Source: Bdellovibrionales bacterium
GTDB taxonomy: Bacteria > Bdellovibrionota > Bdellovibrionia > Bdellovibrionales > CAYMLA01
Direction: 5' to 3'
Length of the DNA: 64,000 nt
Assembly (NCBI GenBank): GCA_965217115.1
Contig: OZ244239.1
Coordinates: 352,001-416,000, forward strand
The notes beneath the pieces were generated by a model. It searched no databases, was not told the origin of the DNA, and saw only the letters and a list, made by a program, of their open reading frames with translations. Shown piece by piece: positions 60,884 through 64,000 of the stretch. The translations under genes and the position numbers were made by a program. Position 1 is the first letter of the stretch, and the number at the start of each line of letters is the position of its first letter.

Positions 60884-61546
60884 TCATGTTTGAGTAAAAA
60901 AAAACCCCAACTTAACCCCATCTTGCTCCCAAACACACCCGCATCCCAGTTGCCCCAAGGAGCTTTGGAGAGATTGTGATTCTCTAGATTGTGATTTTCC
61001 AGATTGTGATTTCCCAGATTGTAAGTCCACAGACTGCAGGCGAAACATCTCTAGCCCGCCACTTAATCTATCGTTCATCTCCCAGTCGCCCACCTCTATT
61101 TGTGAGAGAACTCTGATATCATAGATCGAAGAGATCGCCTTGTAGGTTGACTCTTTTGCCACCCATAGGGAACTGGCTGAAGGGGCCTCTCTGTGTTCTT
61201 TCTGCGAGTGGACGACCCTCTCTATATGTGAAGACTTCACTCTCCCTGTCTCCTCCATATCAAAACCCATCAACCCATCACCTTGATGACAGGCGTACCC
61301 CCCGGCTTTTTTACAATGGGACACCGATATTTGAAACCCCTCCACTCTAGGTCTCATGTTTAAATCCAAAAGTTCCTCTTCCCTTCTCTTATCCAGAGAA
61401 GACAACCCCGCTGTCTTGTTGATGTGACGCAGAATTCCCCCACGAATAAGGGAGCGGTGATTTTCACAATCGCTCGCCCACTTAGAGAGCACTTCAAAAT
61501 AAAGACCTGGAAGATCTAGGGCTTCACTGATTTTTTCTATCTTCAT
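60884..61546 (-). CDS. 4'-phosphopantetheinyl transferase family protein
   Basis: ISVSH, MGFDME and WVAKESTYKA motifs. Confidence 0.8.
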   Translation of the reverse strand: MKIEKISEALDLPGLYFEVLSKWASDCENHRSLIRGGILRHINKTAGLSSLDKRREEELLDLNMRPRVEGFQISVSHCKKAGGYACHQGDGLMGFDMEETGRVKSSHIERVVHSQKEHREAPSASSLWVAKESTYKAISSIYDIRVLSQIEVGDWEMNDRLSGGLEMFRLQSVDLQSGKSQSGKSQSRESQSLQSSLGQLGCGCVWEQDGVKLGFFFTQT

Positions 61547-63026
61547 TGGACACTCTCATCTCTTTAATGGCCTGATAAAAATCTTGGGCCAATTTATCTT
61601 GCGCAAAATGCTTGCCCTCTTTGGCGACCACACGTCCACGACTTAAAACCTTGGAGTGAGCACTCCCGTTTAAGGCATAGATCAGCGTTGAGAGTTTATC
61701 ACTATCACTGGACGCATCCATTAGGGGATGATTCACAACCACTCCTGATAACGGTCTTCCTTCACCCGCTGGTGCGTTTAAAACTTGGGCTATCCCCGCC
61801 GCTCTCTCCCCGCCGTTAAAAGCGAATAAAAAAACCTGCTCTCCACTTGAAAACTGTGTCTGCAAATTGTCAGAGCGCATTGGAGGGTTTACAGACGAGC
61901 GCGCCGATAAAACATTTCTCTTCTTATTATTCAACCTCGCCCCATAATCCAACCACCGAAGTTCTTCATAGGGATTCAAACCAATCTGGCTATCAGAACC
62001 CACTGCCCAACTTCCCCGGGCTTTTATATATTCAGAGATCGGAAAAAACCCATCGCCCAAATTCCCCTCCGTCGAAGGACAGAGAATCACATTCACATTT
62101 TTTTCTAAAACCCCATCAAACTCCTCTTTGGTCATGTGGGTGCTGTGAATAAAATTAACGCCGTGGTGGCCGTCATTTAAATGAACTTCGTCCAAAAACC
62201 ACTGGACAGGGCGCTTGCCGTAAAATTCCACGCAATCTTCAACCTCTTTGACCTGCTCAGCAATGTGCAAATGAAACGGTCGGTTCAGACAATGGGAGTA
62301 AATCTTTTTTATGTCTTCCCTATCAGCTGCACGTAGAGAGTGGACACCCATCCCTAAAAAAATCTGCTCCTCTTGATTGATAAGTTTTCCATACCCATCC
62401 ACCAAGTCTAAATACTCGCCCACATCTTCAAATAAAAAACGTCGCTGCTCTTGCAAACCCCTCTGTCCAAAATGACTTTGTTTATAGTAAACAGGAACCA
62501 GGGTCATTCCCATGCCCACTTCTCTGGCGGCCTCTATCAATATCTCTCCCAACAGAGTCGGTGTCCCATAGGGTTTCCCATCCAAGTTTTTATGTAAGTA
62601 ATGGAATTCCACCACATGACTGTAACCAGAACAGAGCATCTGTGAATACAGATAAGCCGCAACGGATTTCAAGGCTTCAGGGGAGATCTTTAATGCCACA
62701 CTGTACATCTTCTCTCGCCAAAACCAAAAATCATCATCCTCTTGATTCATCTTCAGAGAAACACTCTCCGCCAAACCAGCCATTCCATACTGAAAGGCGT
62801 GGGAGTGGGCATTGACTAAGCCCGGAACAAAATGACCTGGGATCGTCTCTTCTTCTTCATAATCCCATGCCGTCACACCCTGGGGATTCTCACTCACAGC
62901 GCAGGTCAACCCCTTCGTGTCTGTCAGAACGTAGTACGGAGAGAACCACCTCTTCTGTGTCACAGAAAAAAAAGCTTCAAACTTCCACTTTTTCTTTTTT
63001 AACACACCTCGAAGCCCCTTTGTCAC
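61524..63026 (-). CDS. hutF: Formimidoylglutamate deiminase
   Basis: NAHSHAFQ, WRE.MY, EFHYLH, HSLRA, HIAEQ..E, CPSTEGNLGDG. Confidence 0.95.
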   Translation of the reverse strand: MTKGLRGVLKKKKWKFEAFFSVTQKRWFSPYYVLTDTKGLTCAVSENPQGVTAWDYEEEETIPGHFVPGLVNAHSHAFQYGMAGLAESVSLKMNQEDDDFWFWREKMYSVALKISPEALKSVAAYLYSQMLCSGYSHVVEFHYLHKNLDGKPYGTPTLLGEILIEAAREVGMGMTLVPVYYKQSHFGQRGLQEQRRFLFEDVGEYLDLVDGYGKLINQEEQIFLGMGVHSLRAADREDIKKIYSHCLNRPFHLHIAEQVKEVEDCVEFYGKRPVQWFLDEVHLNDGHHGVNFIHSTHMTKEEFDGVLEKNVNVILCPSTEGNLGDGFFPISEYIKARGSWAVGSDSQIGLNPYEELRWLDYGARLNNKKRNVLSARSSVNPPMRSDNLQTQFSSGEQVFLFAFNGGERAAGIAQVLNAPAGEGRPLSGVVVNHPLMDASSDSDKLSTLIYALNGSAHSKVLSRGRVVAKEGKHFAQDKLAQDFYQAIKEMRVSNEDRKNQ

Positions 63027-63513
63027 TTGCTTGCACTCTCTTTCTTATTTATTTGTTTGTTTCTTTGTTTTTTTGTTTCTTTGTTTCTTTGTTTCTTTGT
63101 TTTCTTATTTATTTATTTATTTGTTTTCTTGCTTGCTTGTTTTCTTCTTTGTTTTTTATTTGCTTACTTGTTTCTTGGCTTATTTATTTACTTGCTTTTT
63201 ATTTGCTTGTTTTTTATTTATTTCTTTGTTTTTTTGTTTCTTTGTTTCTTTACTTATTTGTTTATTTTTGTTTATTTATTTTCTTACTTATTTATTTACT
63301 TGTTTCTTTTTTTATTTGCTTGTTTCTTATTTGTTTCTTTATCTCTTTGTTTTTTTGTTTATTTGTTTATTTTTGTTTATTTATTTGCTTATTTATTTAC
63401 TTGTTTTTTGTTTCTTTATCTCTTTGTTTGCTTATTCATTTGCTTTCTTGTTTGCTTGTTTGTTTTTTATTTGCCTCTTTGTTTGCTTGTTTATTTGCTT
63501 TTTATTGTTTGCT
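63027..63513. repeat. Degenerate tetranucleotide tract (TTTG/TTTA/TTTC/CTTG/CTTA)
   Basis: About 490 nt of T-rich 4-mers filling the hutG-hutF junction. Confidence 0.95.
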
Positions 63514-64000
63514 CTTTAATAAAGCGATCAACTCTGTAAACATTTCCTTTAATGGCTCACTGATAACCTCTGCCCGTTGCCTATCGTATCTCTTTTGATT
63601 GTCTTCCATATAAACTGATTGGGACATCTCCAATTGCAAACTGTGCACACCCGCATCTGGACGACCAAAAAACCGTGTGAAATGACCGCCCTTAAATGGT
63701 TTATTCACTCCCAAATCCCAAATAATTTCTCCGCTCTCCAAAACAGACTTCGCTTTAAGCAGAACTTCCTCAGCACAGGTTTTACCATCATTGTCTCCCA
63801 ACATAAGATCAGGAAAAATTTCTTCAGATATAGAGGGAATGAAATCTTTAATAGAATGGGCATCAAAGAAGAGAACTTGGGAAAAGTCTGATTGCAGATC
63901 TAATAGAATCTCCTCTATTTTTTGATAATACGGCAAGTAGTACTCATTGTAACGCCGTTCAATCTCACTCTCTCCGGGAGTTTGACCAACACGGTATAAC
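63502..64000 (-). CDS. hutG: N-formylglutamate amidohydrolase (5' part beyond window)
   Basis: PYY, DAHSI, PD..LG, N.PFKGG..TR, LQLEM; frame open to the window edge; upstream of hutF. Confidence 0.92.
   Translation of the reverse strand, partial: LYRVGQTPGESEIERRYNEYYLPYYQKIEEILLDLQSDFSQVLFFDAHSIKDFIPSISEEIFPDLMLGDNDGKTCAEEVLLKAKSVLESGEIIWDLGVNKPFKGGHFTRFFGRPDAGVHSLQLEMSQSVYMEDNQKRYDRQRAEVISEPLKEMFTELIALLKSKQ

Noticed and set aside
62867..63598. Three overlapping Phe/Leu/Cys-rich plus-strand ORFs
   Set aside because: The T-rich tract cannot form stop codons on this strand; all frames are open and antisense to the hut genes.

Overview
Chromosomal segment of a Bdellovibrionota (Bdellovibrio-like) bacterium, inferred from gene content and FxNC-type exported proteins. 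Core genes: a complete type II secretion operon gspC-N (2.9-16.6 kb), ABC-F ATPase, ssb, putA, fluC, a dicarboxylate/amino-acid symporter, tldD/tldE, bamB/yfgM-like genes, Leu dehydrogenase, glutaryl-CoA dehydrogenase, VKOR-DsbA, dnaK, dnaJ, three type IV pilins plus a pilG-like gene, clpS-clpA, a PPTase and hutF/hutG. Accessory genes: several AT-rich orphan small secreted proteins, an RHH/Doc toxin-antitoxin pair and an exported protein with a phage gp38-like polyglycine domain. The most unusual signal is non-coding: a ~110-150 bp hairpin element seen 7 times (tandem ~168 bp array at 1-1.7 kb, single copies at 1.76, 18.7 and 60.7 kb). Its internal-loop core (GAGTT...TGTYTGA) is conserved while its long arms are replaced wholesale and still pair, and one array unit is split by a two-gene AT-rich insert. 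The window also shows pervasive 9-18 bp tandem micro-duplications in housekeeping proteins and a ~490 bp degenerate tetranucleotide tract between hutG and hutF. No rRNA, tRNA, CRISPR array, integrase or transposase was recognised. All calls come from reading the sequence; no searches were run.
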